Below are positions 32,146-42,132 of a stretch of DNA of 64,000 nt, piece by piece. Below the pieces are notes generated by a model. It did not search any database and had not been told where the DNA came from. It saw only the letters and a list, made by a program, of their open reading frames with translations. The position numbers and the translations under genes were made by a program. The stretch covers positions 21,629 through 85,628 of the forward strand of contig CALVJB010000001.1 in the NCBI GenBank assembly GCA_944332025.1. The letters are read 5' to 3'. The DNA is from an uncultured Bacilli bacterium. Lineage in GTDB: Bacteria; Bacillota_I; Bacilli_A; RF39; UBA660. Each line of letters opens with the position of its first letter. The stretch's first letter is position 1.

Positions 32146-32985
32146 TCATTTCTTAAATCTATTTTTATAATAACAGCTTTGACACAGTTTTTCAACACAT
32201 TTATTATCTCTAAATCCATCTATAATTTTTTTAGTTTTCTCTTTTTCTAATATGTCTTTTAAATTTTCTTCAAAGATATTTCCCAGATTAATAATACCAT
32301 CATCATCTAAACAACATGCTGTTACTGTGCCATCCGATAGTATGGCTAGTTGACTTTTTAAGCCTTCACAAAAACCATTAGTTTTATCATTTGTCGCAAC
32401 AGGCCATTCAAAAAGATTATCTTTATCCACATATTTGTTGATATCTATTTTAGTATTTTTATTCTTTTTAATTTTTTCAACAGTTTCTGTGGATAAACAA
32501 TAATACTCTTTAAGTTTTTCCACTACTTTTGTAGATTTTTCATCTATTTTATTTTCTTTTTGAGCCCAAAGTCTATATATTATTATCTTATCCTGTGGAA
32601 AAATAGAAACTGCTTTAAATACATCATTAAGATAATTTAAATTATTTACTTCAGCATTTAAAGATATATGTATCTTAGATAATGATTTATGTTTAACTAG
32701 CTCTTTTATTTTAGCTTTTAATAGTGTTCCATTAGTAGTTAGACTTATACTTATATTATTGTCATCACAGATATTTAAAATTTCATTTAAATTAGAATGT
32801 AGTAAAGGTTCTCCTTTTACATGAAGACAGATAGTATTAGTATAGTCTTTTACTTTAGATATTACTTCTTTAAATTCACTTACTGACATTTCTTTTAAAG
32901 GTCTTGTTGATTTTTTACAGAATGAGCAAGATAGATTACATTTATTTGTGATTTCTATATAAATACGATTAAATCTTTTCTTCAT
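32146..32985 (-). CDS. Radical SAM protein with C-terminal SPASM/twitch-like Cys cluster
   Basis: IEITNKCNLSCSFCKK is CxxxCxxC. C-terminal segment: CEGL...LSDGTVTACCLDD...LGNIFEE...C....CQSC. Its start is 2 nt from the uvrB stop. Confidence 0.75.
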   Translation of the reverse strand: MKKRFNRIYIEITNKCNLSCSFCKKSTRPLKEMSVSEFKEVISKVKDYTNTICLHVKGEPLLHSNLNEILNICDDNNISISLTTNGTLLKAKIKELVKHKSLSKIHISLNAEVNNLNYLNDVFKAVSIFPQDKIIIYRLWAQKENKIDEKSTKVVEKLKEYYCLSTETVEKIKKNKNTKIDINKYVDKDNLFEWPVATNDKTNGFCEGLKSQLAILSDGTVTACCLDDDGIINLGNIFEENLKDILEKEKTKKIIDGFRDNKCVEKLCQSCYYKNRFKK

Positions 32986-32987
32986 AA

Positions 32988-34940
32988 CTATTCACTCTTC
33001 ATTTCAAATAAAGCATTTCTTAACTCCATAGCTCGTTCAAAGTCAAGATTCTTAGCTGCTTCTTTCATTTCTTGTTCAATTCTCTCTAGTTCTAACATCT
33101 TTTCTTTCTTAGTTAATTTCTTCTTAGGTTTAGTAGAGTCTTTTGTATCGATGTTACTAATAACTTCTCTTATTTCTTTTTCTATTGTTTTAGGAACTAT
33201 ACCGTGTTCTTTATTGTAAGCTTCTTGAATTTCACGACGACGTTTTGTCTCTTTAATTGCTTTATCCATAGATTCTGTAATATTATCTCCATACATAATA
33301 ACGTGTCCATTAGCATTTCTTGCACAACGTCCAATTGTTTGGATAAGACTTCGCTCACTTCTTAAGAATCCTTCTTTATCGGCGTCTAATATAGCGATTA
33401 ATGATACTTCTGGGATATCTATACCTTCACGTAATAGGTTTATTCCAACAACAACATCATAAATACCACATCTTAAGTCGTGAATGATTTGCAAACGCTC
33501 TAGGGTTTTAATTTCTGTGTGAAGATATGCTACTTTGATGTCTAAATCTTTTAAGTAGTTAGTTAACTCTTCACTCATTCTAATAGTTAAGGTTGTAATT
33601 AAGACTCTTTCATTTTTCTTAATACGTTCATTTATCTCTCCTACTAAGTCATCTATTTGTCCTTCTGTTTTTCTAACTTCAATAGTTGGGTCAAGTAGTC
33701 CTGTTGGTCTAATGATTTGTTCAACAAACTTACCATGTGTTTTTTCAAGTTCATAATCACCTGGTGTTGCAGATACATATATAGCTTGTTTTATTTTCTT
33801 TTCAAATTCATCAAACTTTAAAGGACGGTTATCAAGGGCACTAGGTAGACGAAATCCATAATCAACTAAGTTTTGTTTTCTTGCTCTATCTCCATTATAC
33901 ATTCCTCTTACTTGAGGTAGAGTTACGTGGGATTCATCTACTATTAAAAGATAATCATCACCAAAGAAATCCATTAGGGTTGTAGGAGTTTCTCCAGGTT
34001 TACGTCCTGCCATAGGTGCAGAATAGTTTTCAATACCGTGACAGAAACCTGTTTCTTCTAACATCTCTAAATCATAGTTAGTTCGTTGCTCAAGACGTTC
34101 TGCTGCTAGTAACTTATTTTGGTTTTTAAGTTCTTCTAATCGTTCTCCTAACTCTTTTTTTATCCTTTTAATCGCTTCTTTTAATTTATCATCACTAATT
34201 ACAAAGTGGCTAGCTGGGAAGATACTAACATTTTTCTTATTAGATATTACTGTTCCTGTTAAAACATCTATTTCACTAATTCTATCTATTTCACTACCAA
34301 AGAATTCTATTCTATAACCTGTTTGATTTTGATTAGTAGGAATTATTTCTAAGACATCTCCTCTTACTCTAAAAGTACCACGATGGAAATCTAAATCATT
34401 TCTTGCATATTGCATTTCTACAAGTTTCACTAGGACTTCATTTCTATCTATTTCTTCTCCTATACTTAGTGTTAACATTTTATTTTTATATTCATCTACT
34501 TCACCAATACCATAGATACAAGAAACACTTGCGACAACGATAGTATCTTTTGATGATAGTAATGCAGATGTTGCAGCATGGCGAAGTTCATCTATTTCAT
34601 CGTTTATAGAAGAGTCTTTTTCAATATAAGTATCAGTACTAGGAACATAAGCTTCCGGCTGGTAATAATCATAATAAGAGACAAAGTAACAAACATGATT
34701 CATAGGGAATAATTCTTTCATTTCACTATAAAGTTGTCCTGCTAGAGTTTTATTATGAGCGAGTATTAGAGTTGGTTTATTAACTTCCTTAATAACATTA
34801 GCCATGGTAAAAGTTTTACCTGTTCCTGTCGCACCTAATAAGACTTGTTCTTTTTTACCTTCTTTAATTCCTTCTACTAACTCTTTTATCGCTTCTGGTT
34901 GGTCTCCACTTGGCTTGAATTTTGATACTAATTTGAACAT
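32988..34940 (-). CDS. uvrB: Excinuclease ABC subunit B
   Basis: 650 aa. [12 protein letters not shown], a DESH box (VDESHVT), the helicase C domain and the C-terminal UVR motif ([14 protein letters not shown]). Confidence 0.97.
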   Translation of the reverse strand: MFKLVSKFKPSGDQPEAIKELVEGIKEGKKEQVLLGATGTGKTFTMANVIKEVNKPTLILAHNKTLAGQLYSEMKELFPMNHVCYFVSYYDYYQPEAYVPSTDTYIEKDSSINDEIDELRHAATSALLSSKDTIVVASVSCIYGIGEVDEYKNKMLTLSIGEEIDRNEVLVKLVEMQYARNDLDFHRGTFRVRGDVLEIIPTNQNQTGYRIEFFGSEIDRISEIDVLTGTVISNKKNVSIFPASHFVISDDKLKEAIKRIKKELGERLEELKNQNKLLAAERLEQRTNYDLEMLEETGFCHGIENYSAPMAGRKPGETPTTLMDFFGDDYLLIVDESHVTLPQVRGMYNGDRARKQNLVDYGFRLPSALDNRPLKFDEFEKKIKQAIYVSATPGDYELEKTHGKFVEQIIRPTGLLDPTIEVRKTEGQIDDLVGEINERIKKNERVLITTLTIRMSEELTNYLKDLDIKVAYLHTEIKTLERLQIIHDLRCGIYDVVVGINLLREGIDIPEVSLIAILDADKEGFLRSERSLIQTIGRCARNANGHVIMYGDNITESMDKAIKETKRRREIQEAYNKEHGIVPKTIEKEIREVISNIDTKDSTKPKKKLTKKEKMLELERIEQEMKEAAKNLDFERAMELRNALFEMKSE

Positions 34941-35111
34941 ATTTTCCCTCCTTTTTTTAGATTAATTTTTATTTGATTTTGGTTTGTATTTTAGGCTAAT
35001 ATTGTCATTTTTTTCACAGAATACACTGCTCGGCCACATTTTTACTATGTAACACTATATAACACATATTAATACTCGGTAACCTATTCTAACACTTATT
35101 ATATAAGAAAA

Positions 35112-35138
35112 CAAGAAACTTATGCTAGTAGTTTCTTG
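35112..35138 (-). terminator. Intrinsic terminator downstream of the integrase remnant
   Basis: caagaaact (35112-35120) pairs with agtttcttg (35130-35138). On the minus strand TTTTCTT follows. Confidence 0.55.
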
Positions 35139-35145
35139 ATATTAT

Positions 35146-35700
35146 TTATAGTTCTTGTAAAAATTCACTAAAAATTGAAGGTGTATCCAAATCAGTTATA
35201 ATATTATCATCATTATAATTAGTTTTAGTAATAACTTTTTCTATAAAATTATTTAATTCTTCGTTACAATCAATTACGATTTTATCTTTATCAAAATAAA
35301 CAGTTGAGGTAATGATGGTTGAAGCGTGTCCTAATATTTCTGATATTGCTTTTAAGTTTTTATTATTTTTTAGCAGTAATGTAGTATATGTATGCCTTAA
35401 ATCATGAAACTTAATATCTGGTAACCCATTATCTTTTAGTAGCTTTTTATAATATGGTGTAATAAACCCCTTGCTTCTAGGCTTACCATAAGTAGAACAA
35501 CATATATAATTCCCATCAAAAAATGGATTAGTTTTATCGTTTATTCTTCTACTTCTATTTTTGTCATATCTACTTTTAGCTTCTAAAATAGCTTCGAAAA
35601 CTAAATCTGGTATATCTAGCACTCTATCACTACTATATGTTTTTAATTTAATTTCTTGTTTTGTATATGTTTTAGGTTTACATTCCTTTATTTTTAACAT
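35146..35700 (-). pseudogene. Truncated tyrosine recombinase (phage-type integrase), C-terminal catalytic half only
   Basis: Contains K..S.R.L.IP, FHDLRHTYTTLLL (HxxR) and GHAS....VY (His/Tyr), but lacks the N-terminal core-binding domain and Arg-I region. There is no RBS, and the ATG is abutted by a terminator hairpin. Confidence 0.7.
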
Positions 35701-35704
35701 TAAA

Positions 35705-35732
35705 AAGAACAGAATACATTTATCCTGTTCTT
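35705..35732 (-). terminator. Hairpin terminator abutting the 5' end of the integrase remnant
   Basis: aagaacag (35705-35712) pairs with ctgttctt (35725-35732). On the minus strand the stem runs into TTTTTA and then directly into the remnant's ATG. Confidence 0.45.
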
Positions 35733-35929
35733 AAGGTATTATGAAAGAAAGTAATTTTATTATTACTTATGTTTTTATTAAAACTACCTCCAGGTAACAA
35801 GTTGTAAACGGGTGCTTTGACATTTTCTTACCTTCTTTCTTTTTACTATCTTAATAGTATCACAATATAATTTAACTTACAATTACTACTTTGTTTTTTC
35901 TGACAAAATTTTACTTTATTTACTATGAG

Positions 35930-36229
35930 TTAAGATATTTTCATGTTATTTCCTACTTTACTATCTAGATTTAGTAAAACTACTCCATTATTAGTTACAA
36001 CTCCTAGCACTAAAACTTCACTTGATACCTTCTGATATATGAATAGGTTTAAAGTTAAATACTGCTAATATTTGGTTGTCTATTATGTCTTCTTTATTCC
36101 TAAAGGTCCAAAGTCTATTTTTAATTTATAACCTTTCGTCTTTGTACCTTTATTAATACTAGCATCTATTATCGTACCAACTCTAAAATTTATTTTATTA
36201 AACTCTTCTAATGTTATCATATTTCTCAT
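35930..36229 (-). pseudogene. Frameshifted CsaA-like tRNA-binding-domain gene
   Basis: Hand translation of the minus strand gives three pieces in three frames:
- Frame 1: MRNMITLEEFNKINFRVGTIIDASINKGTKTKGYKLKIDFGPLGIKKT*.
- Next frame: DIIDNQILAVFNFKPIHISEGIK*.
- Third frame: SSEVLVLGVVTNNGVVLLNLDSKVGNNMKIS*.
Together they are collinear with CsaA/tRNA_bind proteins (F..VD.RVG.I..A......K.AYKL.IDFG...G.K.S...VVAVVNF.P..I....SEVLVLG). No piece is long enough to appear in the ORF track. Confidence 0.6.
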
Positions 36230-36265
36230 TGATATTAAAAGCATAGGTTTGTACCTATGCTATAA

Positions 36266-37453
36266 CTATTTATTATACCACCAAGTTCTTAAACTACTTG
36301 GGAATCCTACATATTGTCGTGGATTAATAGTTCTCTTTTGATATTCGCCCCAACTACAACCTCCACCTGAAGTCCAGTGACAAGTGGCAACTTCTAAGTG
36401 TAGGTGAGCTCCAAAGGAATATCCTGTATTACCCATATTACCTATATGAGTATTAGTTGTTACATATTGCCCCTCATATATATTTCCATATGAACTTAAA
36501 TGAGCATAAGTAGAATAGATATATCTTCCACCCACATTATGTCTTATAGCAACGCATAAGGCATCGTATTCATCATGATATATTCTTGTAATGACCCCTT
36601 CAGCGATAGGATATATAGCAATAGTTTTGTTTGTATTAGATAAATCTATCCCTAGATGTCCTCCATAACCTGACCAATTTTGAGTTACATATCCACTTGC
36701 CATAGGTCTTGAAAAACCACTTACTGAAGGAATTGAAGTACTGCTGTTTTGCTCTACACGATATTGACATGCATATATATCTTCATTAGTACCACATCCT
36801 AAATTTTTATAATAAGTTAAGTTTGATTTAGCTTCTTTCAATTGTTGCTCTATACTAGGCATACTATCTCTAATGGCAGATGACTCGGCATTGATTCTTT
36901 CTTTTTCAGTTTCTAATTCTTTTGTTAATTGATTCAATTCTTCTTGCTTGGAAGCTAGTTCATCTTTTCTTTTTTGATTTTCTTCAATCAATGCAGTTAA
37001 TTCATCCATTATTTGATCATTGTATTCAGTTAGTTGCTCAACTATTGCCATACGATAGACCATATCAGTAATATCTGTTGCTCCAAAGATATATTCTAAA
37101 TATGCATTTTCTCCTTCACTAACTTGAAGGTATTGAAATAAACTTTTACTTTGTTCACTTTTCTCAGCAATTTCATTATTTGATTCATCTATTTCTGCTT
37201 GTAAAGTTGCTGATTCTTCTTCTAAAGTTTGGATCTGTCCTTCTATCTCTTTTATTCTATTTTTAATTTTCTCTACTTCTGCATCATTAGTTGCTATTTG
37301 TTTTTCTTTTTCTTCCAATTGACTTGTAAATTCATTAATTTCATTTTCAAAATCTTTAATTGTTTTAGCACTTACATTTATAGGAATAATACTTATTACA
37401 AATATAGCAGTTGTAATTGTTACGCATATCTTATTTAATATTTTTTTCTTCAT
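36266..37453 (-). CDS. Coiled-coil M23 (LytM-type) peptidoglycan endopeptidase, probable FtsEX-controlled hydrolase
   Basis: 395 aa. Signal/anchor segment, ~190 aa of heptad-rich coiled coil, then GGHLGIDL (HxxxD) and GNTGYSFGAHLHLEV (HxH), so the catalytic metal ligands are intact. It lies immediately downstream of ftsEX. Confidence 0.85.
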   Translation of the reverse strand: MKKKILNKICVTITTAIFVISIIPINVSAKTIKDFENEINEFTSQLEEKEKQIATNDAEVEKIKNRIKEIEGQIQTLEEESATLQAEIDESNNEIAEKSEQSKSLFQYLQVSEGENAYLEYIFGATDITDMVYRMAIVEQLTEYNDQIMDELTALIEENQKRKDELASKQEELNQLTKELETEKERINAESSAIRDSMPSIEQQLKEAKSNLTYYKNLGCGTNEDIYACQYRVEQNSSTSIPSVSGFSRPMASGYVTQNWSGYGGHLGIDLSNTNKTIAIYPIAEGVITRIYHDEYDALCVAIRHNVGGRYIYSTYAHLSSYGNIYEGQYVTTNTHIGNMGNTGYSFGAHLHLEVATCHWTSGGGCSWGEYQKRTINPRQYVGFPSSLRTWWYNK

Positions 37454-37455
37454 AA

Positions 37456-38355
37456 TTACACCTTCAAATACTTTCTGACTGCTGAAGCTGATCCTATCAT
37501 ACCTACAATTATTCCTATTACTAAGACTATACCTGATACCATATAAATGAATGGCTCTGGTTCAATCAATGAGATCATTCTACTATATAGATATCCATCA
37601 AAGTGGTTATATAAAGCAATATAGCCAAAACAAACTGTTAGAATTGGAATAATTGAACCTAGTATTCCTAATATCATTCCTTCTACTATAAATGGAGTTT
37701 TAATAGTGAAGTTTGATGCTCCAACAAGTCTCATAATAGATATTTCTCTTTTTCTTGAGAATATTGTTAATTTAATTGTATTTATAATTAAAAATACTGT
37801 TACTAGCACTAATGCTATTACCATTCCATAAGATATATTTTGTGCAGCTTCGAAAGCAGAAATTAAATTATCTACCATGCCTTCTCCATACCTAACTGTA
37901 CTTACTTTATCTAATCTTTCTATTTTTTTTGCAGTGTTCGATATCTTTTCTACATCTGTTACCTTTACCTGAAATGTATCTTTCAGAGGATTATCTTCAT
38001 CACTCCAGGTACTCATAACTTCTTCAAATACATCACTTTCACTACTCATCTCTTCTTTTATAGCTGATTTACTTTGATAGGTTAAAGACTCAACATTTGT
38101 CATATTTTCTAATCTTTCCCTTATGTTATTTACTTCTTCTTCTGTGGTATCATTATCTAGAAAAACAACTATTGTTAAGTCCTTTTCCATTTCTCTTGTA
38201 AAGTTTTGAACATTAAAAGTAACTATTATAGATATTGCTACTATAATTAATGTAATTGTAATACATGAGATAGATGCTAGGGAAAGGCTAAAGTTTCTAA
38301 AAACACTTTTAAAAGCATCTCTTATACTTCTTCTTAACATTCTAAAAAATTTCAT
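37456..38355 (-). CDS. ftsX: Cell division ABC transporter permease-like protein FtsX
   Basis: 299 aa with 4 TM segments and a large extracellular loop 1. Its ATG overlaps the ftsE stop (ATGA). Confidence 0.9.
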   Translation of the reverse strand: MKFFRMLRRSIRDAFKSVFRNFSLSLASISCITITLIIVAISIIVTFNVQNFTREMEKDLTIVVFLDNDTTEEEVNNIRERLENMTNVESLTYQSKSAIKEEMSSESDVFEEVMSTWSDEDNPLKDTFQVKVTDVEKISNTAKKIERLDKVSTVRYGEGMVDNLISAFEAAQNISYGMVIALVLVTVFLIINTIKLTIFSRKREISIMRLVGASNFTIKTPFIVEGMILGILGSIIPILTVCFGYIALYNHFDGYLYSRMISLIEPEPFIYMVSGIVLVIGIIVGMIGSASAVRKYLKV

Positions 38356-39041
38356 TCTTCATAGCCTCCTTTCTCAAGATGTTTAATAAGTCTACCATCT
38401 TTTAGGAGGATTATTTCTTTTTGCATTTTATTAACTATTTCCTTATCATGAGTTGCCATAATGATTGTAGTTCCACACGTTTTATTTATTTCTTCTAGAA
38501 CTTTAACTATTTCCATACTACGATCTGGATCAAGGTTTCCTGTTGGCTCGTCGCAAAGTAAAATTCTTGGTTCATTAACAATCGCTCTTGCTATGGCAAC
38601 ACGTTGTTGTTCTCCTCCTGATAGTTGATCTGGATAATTATGAATTTTACCTTTAAGGCCTACTAATTCTAAGGCTTTTAAAGTTTTTTTCCTTGTCTCT
38701 GCTTTAGTTGCACCAATCGCTTCCATAGTAAAAGCAACATTTTCATAGACTGTTAATTTTGGCAAAAGACGGTAGTCTTGAAAAACAATTCCAAGTTTAC
38801 GTCTTAATTTATATACCTTACTATTTCTTAATTTTGCAACGTTAATACCACCAACTATAATTTCTCCACTAGTTGGTTTTTCTTCACGATATAACATCTT
38901 GATAAAAGTACTTTTACCAGATCCTGAACCACCTATTACAAAGACAAAAGAACCTTTCTTTATATTAAGGCTTAAGTCATAGATAGCAGTTACACCATTT
39001 TTATATTGTTTATTTACATTTTTAACTCTAATTAAATCCAT
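38352..39041 (-). CDS. ftsE: Cell division ATP-binding protein FtsE
   Basis: GGSGSGKST, LSGGEQQRVAIARA and LLCDEPTGNLD. The start was chosen at the ATG (MDLIRVKNV...) behind AGGA. The track ORF extends to 39074. Confidence 0.9.
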   Translation of the reverse strand: MDLIRVKNVNKQYKNGVTAIYDLSLNIKKGSFVFVIGGSGSGKSTFIKMLYREEKPTSGEIIVGGINVAKLRNSKVYKLRRKLGIVFQDYRLLPKLTVYENVAFTMEAIGATKAETRKKTLKALELVGLKGKIHNYPDQLSGGEQQRVAIARAIVNEPRILLCDEPTGNLDPDRSMEIVKVLEEINKTCGTTIIMATHDKEIVNKMQKEIILLKDGRLIKHLEKGGYEE

Positions 39042-39172
39042 TAACATCATCCTATTCATAGAACAGTATAACATATTTCGACAATGTATGTATATAGTAA
39101 ATTATTGGTAGTTTGACAAATATGAGTAAAAAAAAGCTATTAAACGTAGCTTTTTTCCACTTTTTTCTAGTC

Positions 39173-40405
39173 TTATAACATTTTAGTTTCATCAGCATAT
39201 TCATCTAAAAAATCATCATATTCTTCGTCAAAGTAATTATCATCAAAAATTACGTCATCATAATTATCTAAAGTGTTTATTAGATCTATTATATCTACTC
39301 TATCTACATCATAATATAATGTCATTTCTTGATAGTTTTCTATACTTTGTATAAATTGTTGATTAAAGTTTTGTGTTAAACTTATAATCTCTTCTATAGA
39401 TAATTTTGATATAAGTTTTTTTATTATTTTATTTAGTTTAGTACCAGAAGTACTATTAATACTTAAATATATTTCTTCTTTTAATTCTTTCTTTTCTTCA
39501 TTACTCATTGATGAGTTTTCTATTAAATAAAATGTATGACTTAAATCTTCTTTTATACCTTCTTCATATATTAATTTGTTTTCATTCGCTTGAATATCTG
39601 ATCCCATATGTGGTTCAAATGCAAATGTTTTACCCAGTATTTCTTTTCCGATGCATATATCATAAATTAATTTAGCCATTTGTGATGCTTTATTAGGTAA
39701 ATTAAAGGCATCTGACTCTATTTCTCCTTTTATATAGTTAAATTTTTGATCAGAAAGTCCATAACTATTAATAATAAAAGCATCTTTTCCAAGCATATGC
39801 AACACTTTTATAACAGCTTCTTGTTGGGGTAATAATGTAGAATCATAGATAAACACTTGTAAATTTTCTAGAGTACTACTGTATTTAGAGTTGTCTTTTA
39901 TTTTTTCATATTGTTCTTTAGACATAAGAATTTTAGAAATTAAAACATTATTAGAAAAATATGTATCTTCTGCTCTTAATGATTCAAGAGACTCATTTTC
40001 TAATTGAGGTTCTAATTCAGAGAAAACAACATATTCTCGATTAGTAAAGTCATTTCCTTCTACATTAGTCACTAATCCGTTTATGCAAAAATGAGTTGTT
40101 GGTCTTAAATTTCTATATTTTAATTCTGTAAGTTTCTCTATTTCTTTAAATTCATTAGAAAGTGGTTCATACATTTCTCTTATTTTTTTATTTATTTCTA
40201 TTCCAAGAATTGTGGATATTCCATTCATGATAACTGTTTTATTATTGTATGGTGTTTCCACAATGCAATTAGTTGGAAATCCTGTGGTTGTTCTAACAAG
40301 AACACAATCTTTTACTGAATATTTATCAATCTTTATTTCCTCATTATTTGCACTTATAGAAACATTTATATATTTTTCGTTTGTTATATCTATTACATTT
40401 TTCAT
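39173..40405 (-). CDS. Hypothetical protein with a strongly acidic C-terminal tail
   Basis: 410 aa. RBS GAAGGAGAAGG. No recognisable catalytic motif. The C-terminus is DDNYFDEEYDDFLDEYADE. Confidence 0.5.
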   Translation of the reverse strand: MKNVIDITNEKYINVSISANNEEIKIDKYSVKDCVLVRTTTGFPTNCIVETPYNNKTVIMNGISTILGIEINKKIREMYEPLSNEFKEIEKLTELKYRNLRPTTHFCINGLVTNVEGNDFTNREYVVFSELEPQLENESLESLRAEDTYFSNNVLISKILMSKEQYEKIKDNSKYSSTLENLQVFIYDSTLLPQQEAVIKVLHMLGKDAFIINSYGLSDQKFNYIKGEIESDAFNLPNKASQMAKLIYDICIGKEILGKTFAFEPHMGSDIQANENKLIYEEGIKEDLSHTFYLIENSSMSNEEKKELKEEIYLSINSTSGTKLNKIIKKLISKLSIEEIISLTQNFNQQFIQSIENYQEMTLYYDVDRVDIIDLINTLDNYDDVIFDDNYFDEEYDDFLDEYADETKML

Positions 40406-40435
40406 AATACACCTTCTCCTTCTTTTAATACTAAA

Positions 40436-41281
40436 CTACTTTCCTCCGCCTACTTCATAAGCATCTGTTACGACAAAGAAAGCTTTAGGGTCAATTTCTT
40501 TGATACCTTCTTTTAATTTAAAATAATCTCGTGTTGGTACAACTGCTAGTAATACTCTTCTTTTCTTTTGTAAGAAGCCACCTTTAACATCAAATATTGT
40601 AACTGTATGATGTAATTTATTTATTAGATATTCTTTTACTTGTTCTTCTTTACTTGTTGTTATATAGAAAGCTTTATTTTTAGATATTCCTAGTATTACT
40701 TTATCTATTACAAATCCACTAATATATATAATTATAAAAGCATATAACATCATATTAAAGCCAAAGTAGACACCACCGATTAGAACAACTATAAAGTTAA
40801 TTACCATAGTTGTTTTAGCAAGAGATATATGAAAGTATTTATAGACTATTTGGCTAATTATATTTAGTCCGCCATTACTAAAACCTACTTTGTACATGAG
40901 ACCATTAGTTATTCCTAGTAGTATTCCTATTAAGATACTCATTAAGATTAAGTCACTAGTATCTATTACAATATATCTTGCTAAAGGTTCTGTTAGAGAT
41001 ACAAATAAAGGATAAACTAGGGTTGCAACCAGAGAACCTGCTGTTTGATCTAATCCTAGAAATAGATAACTTAGTCCTAATAAAATAAGTGAACCTACTA
41101 AAATAACTAATGAGGGAGATATATCAAAGATGTGATTTAATATTATGGCAACTCCATTCATTCCTCCTGTTACTAAGTCTGTTGGGTATAGTAAAAGATT
41201 AAATACTAATGATGAGATAAAAAGACTAAATATTAAAACTCCATATCTATACCATAGTTTAGTCTTATCTATTTTTACCAC
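40436..41281 (-). CDS. YitT-family membrane protein (DUF2179 C-terminal domain)
   Basis: 281 aa. Five or so TM segments, then VTIFDVKGGF...VVPTRDYFKLKEGIKEIDPKAFFVVTDAYEVGGG. GTG start behind GGTGGTG. Confidence 0.8.
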   Translation of the reverse strand: MVKIDKTKLWYRYGVLIFSLFISSLVFNLLLYPTDLVTGGMNGVAIILNHIFDISPSLVILVGSLILLGLSYLFLGLDQTAGSLVATLVYPLFVSLTEPLARYIVIDTSDLILMSILIGILLGITNGLMYKVGFSNGGLNIISQIVYKYFHISLAKTTMVINFIVVLIGGVYFGFNMMLYAFIIIYISGFVIDKVILGISKNKAFYITTSKEEQVKEYLINKLHHTVTIFDVKGGFLQKKRRVLLAVVPTRDYFKLKEGIKEIDPKAFFVVTDAYEVGGGK

Positions 41282-41283
41282 TA

Positions 41284-42132
41284 CTAAGCACCACCTTTTA
41301 CTTCATAGGAATCCATGGCAACAAAGAAAGCATTTTTATCTATATTATGGATTCCTTCTTTTAATTTATAGTATTCTCTTGTTGGAACAACACTCATAAG
41401 AACAGTTTGATTTTCACTGTTAAAACCACCTTTAGCATTGAACTCTGTAACACCATGTTTAAGTTCATTTATAACAAAGTCTTTAACTTCTTTTTCTTTA
41501 CTAGTAATAATATAAAATGCTTTAGAATCAGATATTCCTAAGACTACTTTATCTGTTAGGGTAGAGATTAGATAAAGTATAATTAATGAATACATTAAGT
41601 GATTAAAACCAAAGACAAAGGCTCCTATTAGAATGATAGTTCCATCAGTAAAGAACATACTGTTACCAAGACTAATTTTAAATATTTTAGAGACTATCAT
41701 ATTCAATATGTCTGTTCCACCTGTTGAATAACCTGCTCTAAATATAAGACCAGCTCCTAGACCTTGTAATACTCCACCAAAGACAGCGATTAGTATCATT
41801 TCACTTTCTTTAAAACTTATATAAGTAGATAAATGTTCTGTTAGACTTACAAATATTGGAAAAAGAATAGAACCAAGTATTGTCGCTTTAGTTTTTTCTT
41901 TTCCTAAAACTAGGAATGATAATATAATTAGGAAAACGTTAGCGACAGAGATAATGGTTGAAGGATTTAATCCAAAGAAATGTTTTAATATTAAAGAAAA
42001 ACCACTTACTCCTCCTGCTACTAAGTTATTAGGTGACATGAAAAGATTAAAGGCTAGGGCTACTAAGAAGCAACCTATGATAAATTCTATTAATTCTTTA
42101 ATTCTAATTTTTTGCTTTATTGCTTTCTTCAT
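41284..42132 (-). CDS. YitT-family membrane protein, tandem paralog
   Basis: 282 aa, collinear with 40436-41281 (VTEFNAKGGF...VVPTREYYKLKEGIHNIDKNAFFVAMDSYEVKGG). Confidence 0.8.
   Translation of the reverse strand: MKKAIKQKIRIKELIEFIIGCFLVALAFNLFMSPNNLVAGGVSGFSLILKHFFGLNPSTIISVANVFLIILSFLVLGKEKTKATILGSILFPIFVSLTEHLSTYISFKESEMILIAVFGGVLQGLGAGLIFRAGYSTGGTDILNMIVSKIFKISLGNSMFFTDGTIILIGAFVFGFNHLMYSLIILYLISTLTDKVVLGISDSKAFYIITSKEKEVKDFVINELKHGVTEFNAKGGFNSENQTVLMSVVPTREYYKLKEGIHNIDKNAFFVAMDSYEVKGGA

Noticed and set aside
31833-32250. ORFs 31833-32102 (+), 32022-32219 (-) and 32041-32250 (+) around secE and the end of the radical SAM gene.
   Set aside because: They overlap secE, the radical SAM gene and a terminator hairpin in other frames, and have no motifs. 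A search for rpmG (L33), which often precedes secE, found nothing.
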